From contig LSRY02000009.1 in assembly GCA_001643675.2 (NCBI GenBank), forward strand, positions 1,178,001 to 1,242,000: a DNA stretch of 64,000 bases, read 5' to 3'. The notes beneath the pieces were generated by a model. The model worked only from the letters and a program-made list of their open reading frames with translations. It ran no database searches and was not told the origin of the DNA. Below, one piece after another: positions 25,200 through 38,760 of this stretch. Source of the DNA: Monocercomonoides exilis PA203. Lineage: Eukaryota; Protista; Preaxostyla. The position numbers were made by a program, and so were the translations under genes. How positions within the stretch are numbered: the first letter of the stretch is position 1; the number at the start of each line of letters is the position of its first letter.

Positions 25200-26990
25200 T
25201 TTCTGGTTGTTGTAATTCAGCTTCCGACTGGAGAAGTTGCCGTTGTGCAAAAGAACTTCCCAGTTCTGGCCTCTCCAGTTCGGCAGGAGAAGAACAACTT
25301 GAGCTCTCTCCTGCTGCGATTTCCGAATAACCATCGGAATTAGCGGAATTGGAGGATGAGCAAGAACACATTCCTGACGCCATGGAACTGATTATCCGTC
25401 TTCGGATATGCGGCTTCCGATGATGCACAATCTTTTCTCTATATGATTGTGTTGAGGTGCGAATGCATCGACTGTTGGTCTGACTTTTGTTAATGAGAGA
25501 ATTCTTCGGAAAGCTTCTTCGGTTATTGAATAATCCCCTGCACTTATCAATCGAGACAGTGAATCCGCTCTGCTGTTCTTCTGCACCGGAATGTGATGAG
25601 CTCTCAGATGAATTCCCATCTTCTCTTTCCACGTCCACATCCTGCGAAGGATTGGCCTGAGGGTCTTTGCAGTTCTCCACCGATTGATGTTGAAAACAAC
25701 AGAGCTTTTTTCCGACCTCAGTGAAAGTTGAGAAAATAAGTTTGTTTTGATAATCTGTGAGAAATTGCGGAGTGCCAATAACATAAAAAACTGTTCCCTG
25801 AAATTTGATGATTTGTTGTGAGCGTATTTGTGGAACTTTTCATGCCAGTCCAGAATTCTGTTGTTGATTCGAAGTGTCGCCACCATAGCTAGCTCCGATG
25901 CATCAGTTGTTTGTGTTGCCTGAGGAAAAAATAATGGTTGGAGTTGTCGAGGCTTGTTCAGGTTCAGAATCCGTTTCCGTTCCCGTTTCTCCTTCAGCAC
26001 AGAGGCATTCATCATCATCATCCAGCTCCATCCTGTTGTCCTCACATTCTTCTGGAACAGACAATGCAAAACCACCATCAGGAGTGATGCGTCTTGTCTG
26101 ATAAAGCGAACTGCATTTATCTTCCCAATTAGTGAAGCGAAATCTTTTGTACGAACTTGTTTGGCCTTGACGCTCTTTTTCTCCCAGAGACAGAGGAGAG
26201 CTGCAAGAGAAAAAGCTTTGTCTTTTTCCAATCTCGCTGTGAACTCCTCTGTATCACAGTCGAAGCCCAAATAGGTGAATCTCTTCGTTGGTTCCAACTG
26301 GCATTTGTCCTTGTGAACCATTAGTCCCAAACTTATTAGGAACAACATCATTTGGCTCTTTATTCTTATTAAATACTCATTGTCCAGGTGGAGTATTATC
26401 ACATCGTCGAGATATGCAATCATTCTCACGTTCCATCTTTTCTTTGTAACTCTTGTTTCCTTCCTCAGAATCTTTGTGAAAATTTTTTGTACATCCATAA
26501 ATCCAAATGGCATTCTTTCGAATGAATAATCTGTTCCTTCGAACATGAAACTGAGATACGGTTTCAAATCTGATGAGACGGGGATGAGGTAATATGCTTG
26601 AACCAGATCCAACGTAATTGCATGATTGTCTTTCTGAATGAGGTGTTCTACAGTTTTCTCGCTCTCGCATTTTAAGTGCAAGCTCCTCATTGCAGCATTT
26701 AGTGGATGACAATCGAGGATCTGACGCCAGGCTCCTGACTTCTTTTTGAAAAAAAACACATTGTTTCTGAATTTGACCTGATTCACAGAACTTTAGTTGA
26801 TTATGCCTGAATCCAGTTGTTCCTTTAGCACACTTCTGAAAGCTCTCCGCTGTTCCTCGCTCATTCGCTTTTCTCCATCTTCCCAAGCTCTTTCTTTTAA
26901 TCTTTCTTTTGCTTTTTTGTCCTTCCAACAAGCATGTGCTCCAAGTCTGATTGATTATCCTCCCTTTATCTTGTCCCATTCCTGGGAAAC
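25200..26990 (-). pseudogene. DIRS pol: reverse transcriptase, RNase H and methyltransferase-like domain
   Basis: WRQILDCHPLN, ITLDLVQAYYLIPV, MPFG, YLDD, YLGF (RT); TTDASE and NSRADSLSR (RNase H); PTVDAFA...W..ECVLAHPPIPLI..VIRK...LLLPNWRGQNW (MT), continuing past a stop at 25392. Confidence 0.88.
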
Positions 26991-29189
26991 AATGTAGTTC
27001 TGCCTCTAATTATTATTTGAGCGCTTATTAGCATTTCTTGTCTCCCTCGGAACACACTGAAAGTCCCCTGCTCCATGTCTCCGCTGTCCTTCTTTGGGTG
27101 TATCGAAAATGTGGTTGACTTCGAGGCGTCCGGGGCCAACTTCCAAAAAACCGCCTTCAACTGAAGCCCTTTGCCTGCGTTGTTCTGTATGATGATCTTC
27201 CGACATTATCTGTTCTCTTTCGAAAATTATCCCCTCTGTGGAATTTTGAATTTGCTTCTGTTCAACACGAACCTCCTCCAAAATGTCTTGTTGCCTCTTT
27301 ATTAATAAGCATCACGTCGTATCTGCCACCATCTTTCAAGCGGCTGAAAACCCATATCTGCCTCGGATCCGAGCTCTTCTGGCTTTTTGAATTATCTGAG
27401 TCACTAGTCACAAAGCATCTTTTGTTATCTCACGAGTTAAATCTGGTTTCGTCTTTATGTTCTGAATGGATAATAACATTGCTTTGTTAGCTGGAAATAA
27501 ACATCTTTTTGCCTACTCGCCAGCCTTGTCCAATGCGTCGCGATACCAGAACTGTGACCTTACTGCTACCGGTGGGCAGAGATATGGAATATCGGATATA
27601 AATTTATTTTGATTAAGATCTATCAATATTATCGATATATGTGCATCTGGTGGTTGTTATCATCTGGTATAATAAGTTGGAATAGGTAATGATAATCAGA
27701 TAGAGGTCATGAGGAGATTGCTGATATTCTTAGGGGTTATCATGATTAGATATTCAGTGATGTTCAATAAAGAAGGAGTTATTGATAGGTGTAATCGAGA
27801 TACATCAATAGCCGATATACCATATCTCCAAGGAGGAAAATTGGCTATAAGATTAACTGAAAATGTTCAAGTTGGTAAATTAATGGTAAAATTGTATGTT
27901 ATCGTTGGTGAAATACATGAGTTGAACATGAGTTGAACATGTGATGTGAGCGTGGGTGAAATCGCAAATATAAATAATTTATTTTGTTTTTTGTTTTACA
28001 GTGAATGGGTCAGAAGAAGATATACGTAACTGTGGAAGAAGCTAAAGCGGCTCAATAGAGACAAAATTAACAGTTTCAGGAAAAACGCAGGGAAGAAACT
28101 AAGTATTTCAACGAACATGTATCTGAAAAATAGAAGAAGTTGATTTAGATATTGAGGAGAAAGCTTATCGAAAGTGATGAGCTGTTTGATGAGTTGATAG
28201 GAAAAGTTAATGGTTAAGTTGAATGCGTTTATTTTTTGTTGGAAGAGTTTATGGTTGCTTGCCTGGACCGGGTTGACTGGGTAGTTATTTATGATACTGT
28301 GGCATGGAAATATTGGGTTAAATCTCCGAGCTTTTCACCTGCACTGGGTGCACCTGGTCAATTTCATTCTCCAAAATATGTGGGCAAACGGGCAAACTGA
28401 GCAAATTGGGAAAAATACGATTAATATGCAAATAGATGAAATATTACAGACTACACACGTTATTTGTATCTACAGTTGAATCAAACAGTGTACACGTTGA
28501 TGTCATGGTGAATTGCCAACATCTATATTTTTCACAAAATTTGGGGCTTGTTTTGGTGTATTTACTTTGAAAAAGTGTCAATCGGTAGACCGGATACCGA
28601 ATTGTGGAAATATCGAGATGCTTGGGGAAGGTAAATATTGGCTAAAATCTCCGTGCTGGAAGCGTGTCCTGGTGTCCTGGTGGACCGGATCTTTTAATTT
28701 CATCTGAAAAGAGCTGCCAACATGCCATTTCTTCCAACATGGGTGTTTTCCACCTTATTTGTCGTGCTTTTGAGGAATTCTATTAATTTTCGATCATGTT
28801 GTCATCTTGCCACATTGCCACATGATATCGTTGATGGAAAATAACAAGTGGCATACATCAGTTATATCGTCAGTGGAACACATCAGTTTGCAACTACGTT
28901 GCTCAGGAGACTTTGCCTCCGTTGTCATTATTTCAGGAAGAAATTTTTAATTTTTGATGAGACAAGTTACTTGTCACAGTTTGTTCCGATATGATTTTCA
29001 GTGAAATATCGTTTATTTTGCATTAAAAATGATGTAAAAGTTGTGAATAACAGGTGAAAATCGTTTCAAAACACGTAATTGTCTGCACACGCAGCACAAC
29101 ACATCGATGACAGAAAGTGATGCTGTAATGATATCTTCCTTTGCATCCGTTGTTGGAATAGCTCTTGTGTTGAAATTGGAGAGATCTTT

Positions 29190-30369
29190 TTTGAGGAAAT
29201 AACAGAGAAGTTATTCATTGAATTCATAATCGAAAGAACTTGTGAAATCCTTGAAGAATGTGAGATTGTTCTTTTTTTTTGAGTTACAATTACAGACAAC
29301 ATATCTCCTGTCACCAATTTCATTCTTTACCGGGTATGTGTGATTTGTCACAAATATGAAATTAGCTACGTTCTCGGCTGTTCTTCTTGGCTGATTCTTC
29401 TCATAGATTCTGATTGTCGAATCCGTGATAATACTCTTCAATGCATCAAAGAAAGCTGTTCGATCATCTCCAACATTCTTCAATTCGTTAAGTTCAATCA
29501 GTATTTTTCCTTCAACGATGGAGTTGAACTGTTCTGTCAGTTCTGCAATTTCTGTGACATTTGGACATGAATATCCTGCTTGCAGTTCAGCAAGTACTTT
29601 TGTCCAGACATTCTTTCCAATACCTTGCAAACCTTTGAGAACAAGTGTTGTTTCTGCTTTTTTACCAGGATTATGAACAATTGAAGCAATCCAACAGAGG
29701 ATGCATCGATAGAGTTCTTCGTTATTGTTGGCGATAACCTCTCGTGTGAAATCCAAAATGGTTTGACGATTTCATCGTTTTGTTCATTTGCCATTTGGTA
29801 TTTGAACCCATGGAATAGGGAGAATATTAGAGGGTTATCTGAGAAGAACTTCATCTCATCGATCGATAGAACATGTGAGTACTGTTCGAAAGCTGCCTCA
29901 ACTGTGAGAGTTTTTTTATCATCATGCCAGAGTTTTATTGTTTTGAACAGTTTGTACATTGCTGATTTTGTCTTGAATGTTATCGAATAACAAGAGGAGT
30001 GAATGTCAAACTCTTTCACAATGAATTCCATCCTTGCTTCAACAAACCTCAGAACTTTTGTGAGATCTTTAGCGACTTCAGACAGTGGGGAGTATTGTTT
30101 TTGACAAGCGTTATCCCTGATTGCAGAGAATGAAAACGATGAGTTGAGATATATTTCATGAACAGTGATCTCTCGTGGAGGTTCTTCCTTTTGCTCATTC
30201 TCTTTTCTGGGAAGGGGAATGATCATGTCGTTGTAATATGTTGGATTCCATCTCTTGACAACCTTTAGTTGAACAAATGGATGTGACTTGTGATTTCTGT
30301 TCCTGTTTCGTTTCTCTTCATAGTGAGTGATTGCATTTGATGTTGGAGCATCTATCTCTTTGATTTGAG
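29190..30369 (-). pseudogene. C-terminal half of a primase-helicase: SF3/D5-like (DUF5906-type) NTPase
   Basis: PGKK...LVLKGLQGIGKN (Walker A at 29633-29610), LIELNEL (Walker B), LKSIITD, NFIFVTNH and DRRY. Frameshift near 29760. The frame ends at the hAT TSD. Confidence 0.85.
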
Positions 30370-30662
30370 TAAACCTGAATGACGTGCTGACTTTTGACGT
30401 GAAATTTTCGAATTCTGACGGACTTGGAAATTCCATTACTTCACCGTAAATATTTTTTCTAATTCTCTCATTGTCTTTTGAAAGTGTTAATATTATTTTT
30501 ATTCTAATAATATATCCTTTAAAATAATTAATAAATAATATCTTTGTATTTTGTTTTTATTTTTGATCACACAAATAACTTGTATTTCACTGACGTATTA
30601 GTCATTTGAGGAATTTAAAATGTCATTGAAGGTCACTGACGTCAGCTTCAGTCAATAAGCAA

Positions 30663-33600
30663 ATGGAAATACTGTCGAAAGGTTTTCAAAGTGAATTGCC
30701 TGACGAGTTGGTTTCGAGCCTCAATAACCCTCTAATTGTTTGCTTTTCAAAAAATGCATTTGATAAAATATATTATTTTGTATTTGATTCATTGCAAAAA
30801 GAAGCCTATGAAACAATGAAAAAGAAAATGGAAAAAGCGAAGTGCACTTTTTTTCAACTACAAAAACGCATTAACTCAAAATATGGAACAGGATAACGTC
30901 ATATTGGAAAATGAAATTCAAGATTCATTTTTTGTAAATTTTTCCAAGTGTTCATTCATCCAAAAAAGAAAAATGAATATATATCAAAGCTCAAATTTGA
31001 ACTGTTGGAAGATAATTAATGGATCACTTATGAAATTACGGACGAAAATGGATGTACAGGGAAAGATTGTCACAAGAATTTCCTTTGCCCTGTATCCAAG
31101 GATGGATATGCTTGTGGTATATCAGGAAGGAAGAATTATTCTATTACTAAACATCACAAATGCGATTCACTGAGTTTTCGAGAATTTTTGAATTTCAAAA
31201 AACAGATAGATTTACCCATAACCTAAAGTTCTCAAGAGCGCTCTATATCATTTGAACGAGATTGTTCACCAAAAGAATTGGAAAAACATTTAATTTCGAT
31301 GATTGGAAGGTGCAACGCTTCTTTTTTGTCTTCATCCAAAAGGAAGTTAATTCATTCATATTCTCCTTAATTCGAGCCGATCAAGCTAATCCTTCTATTT
31401 CACATATGTCAATTTTCCCATACTTAACACGAAGGAAAATTTCTCATTTGATCATCAATGAAAAAACTGACAAAGAGAAGGAAAAAAAGCAAAAAGTTTC
31501 AAACAAGTAAATAAGCGTAATGTTTGATGGAGCAACTGCTGCTAATAAAAAGTATATGGGTGAAAATTTTTGAAAAATCACCACAGATCAAAATTTTTAT
31601 CCCATTAATTTTTTAAAATTATTTGTTTCCATTTCAACACTCCTGCAGCACTTTTATCTGTATAATGTCACATACGAACTTATTTTCATAATCAAAAAAA
31701 AAGAATTTTTTTTATGAAAATTAAAAATTATTGTGATCAACAAGATTTTGTGTTTATTCAAATTTGAAAAAGGAAAAGCAAGTTGGTTTTTAATTCAATT
31801 CATTTTATCGAATGAAATAAGTGCTGGATGTTTTTCCTATTTGAAACGGATGATGTTTGTCACTTTATATTTGCAATTCATTTATATTTGAGTCTTTCTC
31901 TTATCCAGAAGGCTTATTAAGTGCGATGTTGGAGTGTTCTTCATTATCGTTTATAACTTTTTGTGATAAATCTTTTGTTATGGAAAATTCCTGTTCTCAT
32001 CATCAATAATCTTATTAAAAGTATCTTTTGCGAAATAGATCGATTTTCTTCAAAAACGGAAGTATAATTTTACAAGAATTCTCTTCTATAAGATGTCACA
32101 TTCTTTTATCTTAAAAACAAACTTTTGTTATCATGAGAAATTCTGCTTCAACAGATCGGGCTGTTTTATATTCTCATTGTTTTCAATTATTATGAAAGAG
32201 CCAAAACGAACAGATTGCAAACTACACCTTCAATAACATGTCTGTGAACAGTGTTTAATGCATTTATAACAAATTGGAGCATTAATGCGAATCGAGATTT
32301 CCGTAAGTGGAGAGACGATTATAAATAGACTGATCAAATTATTTTTGCTCTTTCATCTTGATTCACAATCCAGACCGACGTTTCATCGGATGCTATTTCC
32401 TTGGTCTTTTCTCCTCATGCACAATCCTGCCAAACTCCTGTGTTGAATGATACGATGTGGAATACTATCTTTGGAGATAACTGTTGTAATGATCTCATTG
32501 CATCACAATCACGATTATCAATCAATTGTTATTTGACACCTTGCAACTATACAACTAACAATATCATTTCTTTTCCTGACTTCTTCTGGCCAATGATGAA
32601 TGCTTCATCAATTTCAAGGCCACCTAACAAGAAAACCATTTTCACACATTTTTCAACATCATCATCTTCTTCTTCCTAATCTTCTTTTTCTTCTTTTTCT
32701 TCATAGCTTTCTTTTCATCTTTTTCTTTTTTCTTTTTCTTTTTTCCATTTGTTTTATTCATTAAAATGCAATATATAACAACGCATTTTTAACGTTAATT
32801 TCATGTTTATTGTTTTTTAAATACTGTCAATAAAAACGAAAGACAAAAGAAACATGATCCGAAAGGCGGATGAGGAAAACGAAGAAGAGAGTGAATTTTA
32901 AAGAAAGAGAAAAAGATGGTATTCAGCATGATAATATTGATGGAAATGAATAAGTGTGGAGGTGAAATCGAAGGATCGATCTCACAATATCCAATCGATT
33001 ATTGGAGCATGATATTGATCGTAAAATCTTTTTTCTCATAACTTGTTAATGATGTGATAAAAAAGCGGACAACAAGGCGCAGTTCCTTTCCTCTCCCTCT
33101 TCAACGGTTTTATCTTATTTTTCTTCATCACTAACTACACATTTCCATTTTGCAGCTTAAAGCAGACAGTCTCTTTCATCTTGATCCTCCCTTAAAACAG
33201 CTCCACAAAATCCTTCAGCAGCCGCACAATCCAGAGCGACAAGGTCGCTCTTCCTTCTTCGCAGTTCTAGATTTCACAGCGTTCGCTCATTCCCTAATAA
33301 ACATACCAAATGCTCCTTCGCAAGATTGTCCAGCTCATTCTTCAGCAGCTCACGTTGTCAGTTCACCATCTTCGCAACCTCGCTGTTCTCAGACGCCTTC
33401 ATGGATCCCTGCAGGTTAGCTACATCGCACACATGTGTTAGCTGCAGGCGTGGAGTGAAGAAACCATTGCGCTGACAAGCTTCCCACACAAACGCAAACG
33501 ACTGCAGACAGCAGCCAGATAGCATGTGGGTATCTCGGAAGATCTGCCACTGCAGCATCGTAGGTGTTTGCAGATTCTGTATGCACAGAGAGAAGAGATT

Positions 33601-36600
33601 CCTGCTCAGAACACATGAGCCCTCTGAACGCTGACGCCGACGATGTTTGCTGTGATGCTGATTTCGATAATATCGATGTGTGACTGCAGCATTATGCATC
33701 ATACAGTGCCTTTATCACATCCATCTGCTTAGCAGCTTCTCCTTGGTAGAAGGAGGATAGAAACTTCGAATTATCTAAAAAATCTGCATTCCTATCATTC
33801 ACATTGAAAAATGCTTTTCGTCTCACTCATTAAAAATCAGGACGAAAAATACCTAACATTTCATCTTCATTTCTTGTTTCAACTGCACAACCTTCTTTTT
33901 CTCATTTTCATACTCATTTCTCTGCATCTTCTCGCTCCTCAAGGATAGCCAGTAAAATCCGTTTGCGAAACATAGCCACACTTCACCTCCTTTTCCCTTT
34001 CTCCTCTAGGTTTTCCTCCTTGTTCTTCTGCACTTACACACGTCTCGAGTCGAAAATTTACCGTTAAATGCGTTCTGCTTCACCAAAAATACATATTTCA
34101 CACAAGGAAAAAGAAACAATAAAAATAAACTGTCGTTCTTCGGGGTCTCATTTGTATTTGATATACACGAAAGGCTGATATCCAATACAAATAATTACTG
34201 CATTCCACAAAAACTTATTCTCTTCATTTCTCCTCCTCCGGAAGTGTGAAGCAGATCATTGTGTTAATATGAATGGAAAAAAAAGTAAAGAAACAACCGA
34301 CCATGCAGCTAACGGTTTTTTGTATGAAAACTCTTTGAAAATATGATCAACATTTATACACACTTTCTTTTGAAATACATTCCTAAATGATGAAAGTGAA
34401 TTTCACATTTCGATCATTAACATTTTTGGTTTTTGTTAGGAAAGATATTATTGTTTAATAGCTTTTGCAAATAAATAAAAAAGTTCATTGCTTTTTATTT
34501 TCGTCTTCTTCTTAATTCATTGGTAATATTAAAGGTGAAAATTTAAATTTCTAAATTTCAAAAAGTTGGAGATAAAAACCTTTTGTTAGCATTATTTATT
34601 TACATAACAAATTCATTCAGATAACAGTTGTTTTGATTCAAACAAAAGAAAAGCAAAACTCATGTTATAGTAAAAATTTCACAGCACAATAAAACTAAAA
34701 TTCGTTTCAGAAAAACGTGTGGAAAAAAAAACAAATAATCAAATTATCAAGTAATAAGCAGTAAATAACTCAATGAAAGTTAAAAATATAAAGACGATAT
34801 ATCCAATTAAATGAGAAAATGTGTTAAAAAATCTACAAAGAAATAATAACGGTCAACGAAATAGATGTTTCGTTTTTTTGTGGGACAGATCAGACTAAAA
34901 AAAAGTGATTTTTCAAAAATTTTCACACATATGGAGGTGAATGTTTCCATTTTGTCTTTGAATTTTTCTCCGTTTTTTGGGGTCTTCATGAATCGTGTGG
35001 AACTACATCGGAGTTTTTTTTATTCATTCAACAATTAATCTCAGAGTTTCGATCATTCAATGCAGTGATCAGAAGTTTTTGCACTGATGGTTTTTCTTCA
35101 CAGAAAAAGGCAATAATTCAATTCTCTGAATTCGATGAAACTTGCTCATGAAGTTCTGAAATCAACAGATACTCGTTTTTTCCAGTTCATATTCATTGCT
35201 GCAACCATCTAACAAATTTGGTCATCATTAATGCTTTTTCAACAATACCGTTTTAAATTTCTATCAAACAAAAGTTTCAAGATTTTGCACAACGATCCCA
35301 TTCTAAATCTGTAAGAACACTCTTGAAAAAGCGCATTCCTTCATTCGTCACAACAAGATGGACGAGCCTGTTCAAAATTTCTTCATTTATTAGGAAAAAA
35401 TTCCATGTTGTTGTTAATCAAAAATTTATGGATTATTCAAGTGCGCTAGATATAATCAAAACTGAGTTGTTGCTTTTCCTTCTACAGAATCTTTATTTGA
35501 AGTTTGAAAAAGACAGAACAAAGCTTTGCCAAGTGTTTCCTCATTTACTCGATTCATTTGATTATCTATTTTATATTTCCAAGCATCATTTTGTTTCAAG
35601 ATGCAAAATGGCACAGCGCAATCGCAAACATTATCATTTTGTTACATAATTATTTTTTAACAGGAATTCGGGGGGAGTACGTGTCACTTTCTTATGCATT
35701 AACCCCAGAAGGAATACAACTATTAAGAAAACACACATTTCCGAAAACTCAACTTTCTTCATCTTTTTCATTGGAGTGTACTATTCAACAATCCGACTCA
35801 AATGAAACAATTGTGTTTAATCAATCTCAATCTTCCCCTGTTTCAATTTTCCTTCCTTGGCCTTTTCCATTAAATATTTCGGAAAAATCATATTTTGTGT
35901 TAAAAAATATATATTCTTTCGATTCTTCAACTTCCTTCATGAATGAAGATACTCATGACATTTATGATCTTTCAATGCCTAAAAGAAAACAAGTTTGCTT
36001 CGACAAACAAAATTCATCAATTAAAAGCAATAGTTTGCAATCAATATTTCTTCATTTTTTTTTAATTTTTTTTTTTAATTTTTTAATGATTTTTAGGTTC
36101 GGAAAATAAAAATGAGGAATTTATTGAGATCGAAAAACTTTTAAAAGAAATTGAAGAAAAAGAAAAAGATGATTTAACGAAAATTGGTGAATTGAAGGGT
36201 TTGGAAGACAGTGAAAGCGAAGAAAGCGACGAACATGGACTAGCACAAGCAGAAAATGATTCAATAAATGATGTATATGATTGTTTATTTCGTTAGGAAT
36301 TGGAAACAGAAGATTCTTCATTTATACGGGAAGATTTTGCTTCATCATCAACATCTCCTTCTTCTTCCATCTCACAGACTTTGAGATCTTCTTCTTCTTC
36401 TTCAGAATATTTTTCAGATATCGATACTGAATTGAGAAATGACTCCTATCATTGTGCATGCATCATAGCTGGAGAAGAGACGTTTCAAGATGAAGACGAA
36501 GAAGAAGTACGGGAATTATTTTCGACAAAGAAAATAGATTTATGTTTAGAATTCAACGAAGAGAAAGAAAAAACTATTTTGCAAGAAATACAAAATTTGC

Positions 36601-36947
36601 TACACACAAACTGGTTTCCTCGACTTTGCAGATCATTTACGAATTATGCTCGGAGTGTGCTTAAAGATTATGGAAACAATTCTATAACTGCTTGCAAGTT
36701 GTTCTTTGAAAATCAGATGAAATCGAAGCCAGAAGAAATAATCGAAAAAGATCCAGAAATCTTTAACAATGTAATTGCTGAGTCTGGTTATCTCCAATCG
36801 TTGTATTCAGGCTTGTGTTTGTCACTGATCCTATCTCCATGCATCGAAGAAAGCTGCGAGAGAATTATTTCAAAAATCAAAAACATAATTGGAGATAAAA
36901 GAAACTCGATTAGCTTACAAACTTTGGAAGCATTACTTCATATTTAA
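30663..36947 (+). pseudogene. hAT transposase, decayed and split by the 31558-34928 insertion
   Basis: CPVSKDGYAC...TKHHKC (BED-finger-like); ISVMFDG (first D); after the insertion FCTDG (second D), HCCNHLTNL (CxxH), TTRWTS; C-terminal SPCIEESCERIISKIKNIIGDKRNSISLQTLEALL (hAT dimerisation region with catalytic E). Confidence 0.9.
31558..34928. mobile_element. TIR element (3.37 kb) nested in the hAT transposase; probable 4-bp TSD ATAT
   Basis: GGGTGAAAATTTTTGAAAAATCAC (31558-31581) vs GTGATTTTTCAAAAATTTTCACAC (34905-34928), 23/24. ATAT at 31554-57 and 34929-32. Removing the element restores AAG TAT ATG GAG GTG (KYMEV) in the transposase. Confidence 0.85.
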
Positions 36948-37899
36948 CTTTAATCACTGTTTTGTATTTGTCTTATAAAAATTTATTTCATTTCATTCTA
37001 TTTTTCAAGTTATTCTTATTGAACATGCAAAGCATATAAATCATATTCAAGAATAAAACGCTTTCAACGTGATTAAATGATCTTTAAGTTGCGAATGATT
37101 TCTCTTTATATATTTTTTAAAAAATGGAAAATCATACAGACATATGTTTTTATCTTAATATAAAACGTTCATTCACTTTGTCTAACATCGCAAACTTGTG
37201 GTTTTATGTTCCTGTAATGAAGGACTTTGAAATTGAAATTTCATGAAAGATTGTTTCAAATGAACAATGCAAAATGAAAACAAAACAAAAAATGGAGATG
37301 CACTTTCTCAGCATCATCAATTCAAACTTTTATTATTAAATGAACATTGATCTGGTTGAGTGTTAGCATTTAGTCATTTCATTCGATTGATACAGCTTGT
37401 GGAATGAAGATTGCTTCACTAACCTTCATTCAAGAAATTATTTATTGCCTGATTCATTCCTTTATTCTTCTCTTCCTCTTCTAAAAATCATTCGATTAAC
37501 AAATCATTCCTTCTTTAACTATTTTGACATTTGCAATTCTTCCTAGTCCATCCAAAAAAACAACACAGCAATGCCATTCTGTGGAGAGAGCTCCGCACGA
37601 TCAAAACATTTTTTAACCATTTGCATCTTGTCAAATGCACTAACAGTTTCATGTTTTGGAGAAATCTCAAGAATCCTTCCCTCAACAGCTGTGTGGATGA
37701 GCACTGCTGGATCATTGAGAAGATGATTCTGCAGGAAAAGCTGTCACTTAACTATCAAAACAATATTTTTGCCCACGAGCTCACACTAACAGCGGAGACA
37801 TTCAACCTCCATGACGAAAAACTTTTCACAGAGGCTGAAATGCACTTTTTGCAGAGTCTGTTCCATTTGACTTTCAATATGGGTGCTGATCCGCTGGGA

Positions 37900-38760
37900 A
37901 ACAATACGTTTTGGAGATCGCGTGGCAGACGATCAGTTTTACCGAGGAGCATAATGTGTTTGAGATCGGGCGAGGAGAAGAAGCAACGGAAATACGCTTT
38001 CTGGTGCAGGCGCCCATCGGCGAGGTGGATGCACCAATGCAATCGATTGTGCTGCAGAACGAAGGTGGGACAAGTATTGACTACAGATTCGACCTGGCTG
38101 ACGTGGAGCGGCTGAATGCTTCAGCGTAGGATTTCCCTCTGTTTGAGTGCCATGTTACGAGGGGTATTGTTCCTGCGTATGCGAAACAGATGATATGCTG
38201 GAGCTTCCGTCCACTGATGCAGAGGGGATATTTGGTTAGGATTCCGATCAAGCTGGGAAGCAGATACAGTTCAATGAATGAGATAAACGAGAATGTTGGA
38301 GGAGGAGCAGTTAAGAGAAGGAAGTGATGGACAGAAGGTATCACATACATGGAAACTGTAATGCAAGCTCTGCTGGCGGGAGACGGTTTCATCGCGAAGG
38401 AAGGTGCAGAGCCGCTTGTACATGAAAAATCGACAACAATTCTAGGCTCCTCTTTTTCCTCTTTCTGCTCAGCAATATTTATAGCAGCATGAGCGAATTA
38501 ACTTTATGAGTGTGACAGGTTGGAGCATGGAGCGGAGGCTGGTGCACCTGGCGTGTCCGCGCACAAAACCGCATCTGGCGCTGCAGAATAGGGTGAATGA
38601 GAAAAGAGAGAAGAGAGGCATCCTGCATGACTGGAAAGAGAGCCATCCGCTGATCAAGTTGCAGGTTTAAACGATTCAGCCGATCAGGGGAAAAATTGCA
38701 GAATGAGAGAAATGTGTGTGTGTTGTGAAACTTTCAGCGATGCGTTCGGTTATTTTGGTG
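37900..38760 (+). pseudogene. CFAP65/hydin-like (ASH/MSP Ig-domain) gene fragment inside the hAT element
   Basis: APIGEVDAPMQSIVLQNEGGTSIDYRFD...N...DFPLFEC...GIVPA...ICWSFRPL...YLVRIPI, then RLVHL and IQPIRGKI. This matches the recalled CFAP65 pattern, with stops. Confidence 0.55.

Larger units (their letters stand above)
24180..27950 (-). mobile_element. DIRS-like tyrosine-recombinase retrotransposon, decayed (gag-like, RT-RNaseH-MT, YR); outer limits approximate
   Basis: Minus-strand order is gag-like region (~27000-27900), then RT/RH, MT and YR, matching DIRS1-group architecture. Confidence 0.85.

Noticed and set aside
24180-30369. YR recombinase and primase-helicase as one integrative element
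   Set aside because: The YR sits in canonical DIRS order behind RT-RH-MT. Adjacency to the helicase is explained by element clustering, and no shared termini were seen.
32300-32640. Second Merlin transposase on the minus strand
   Set aside because: Only the GGLEIDEAF motif is suggestive; the other ISXO2 motifs could not be found.
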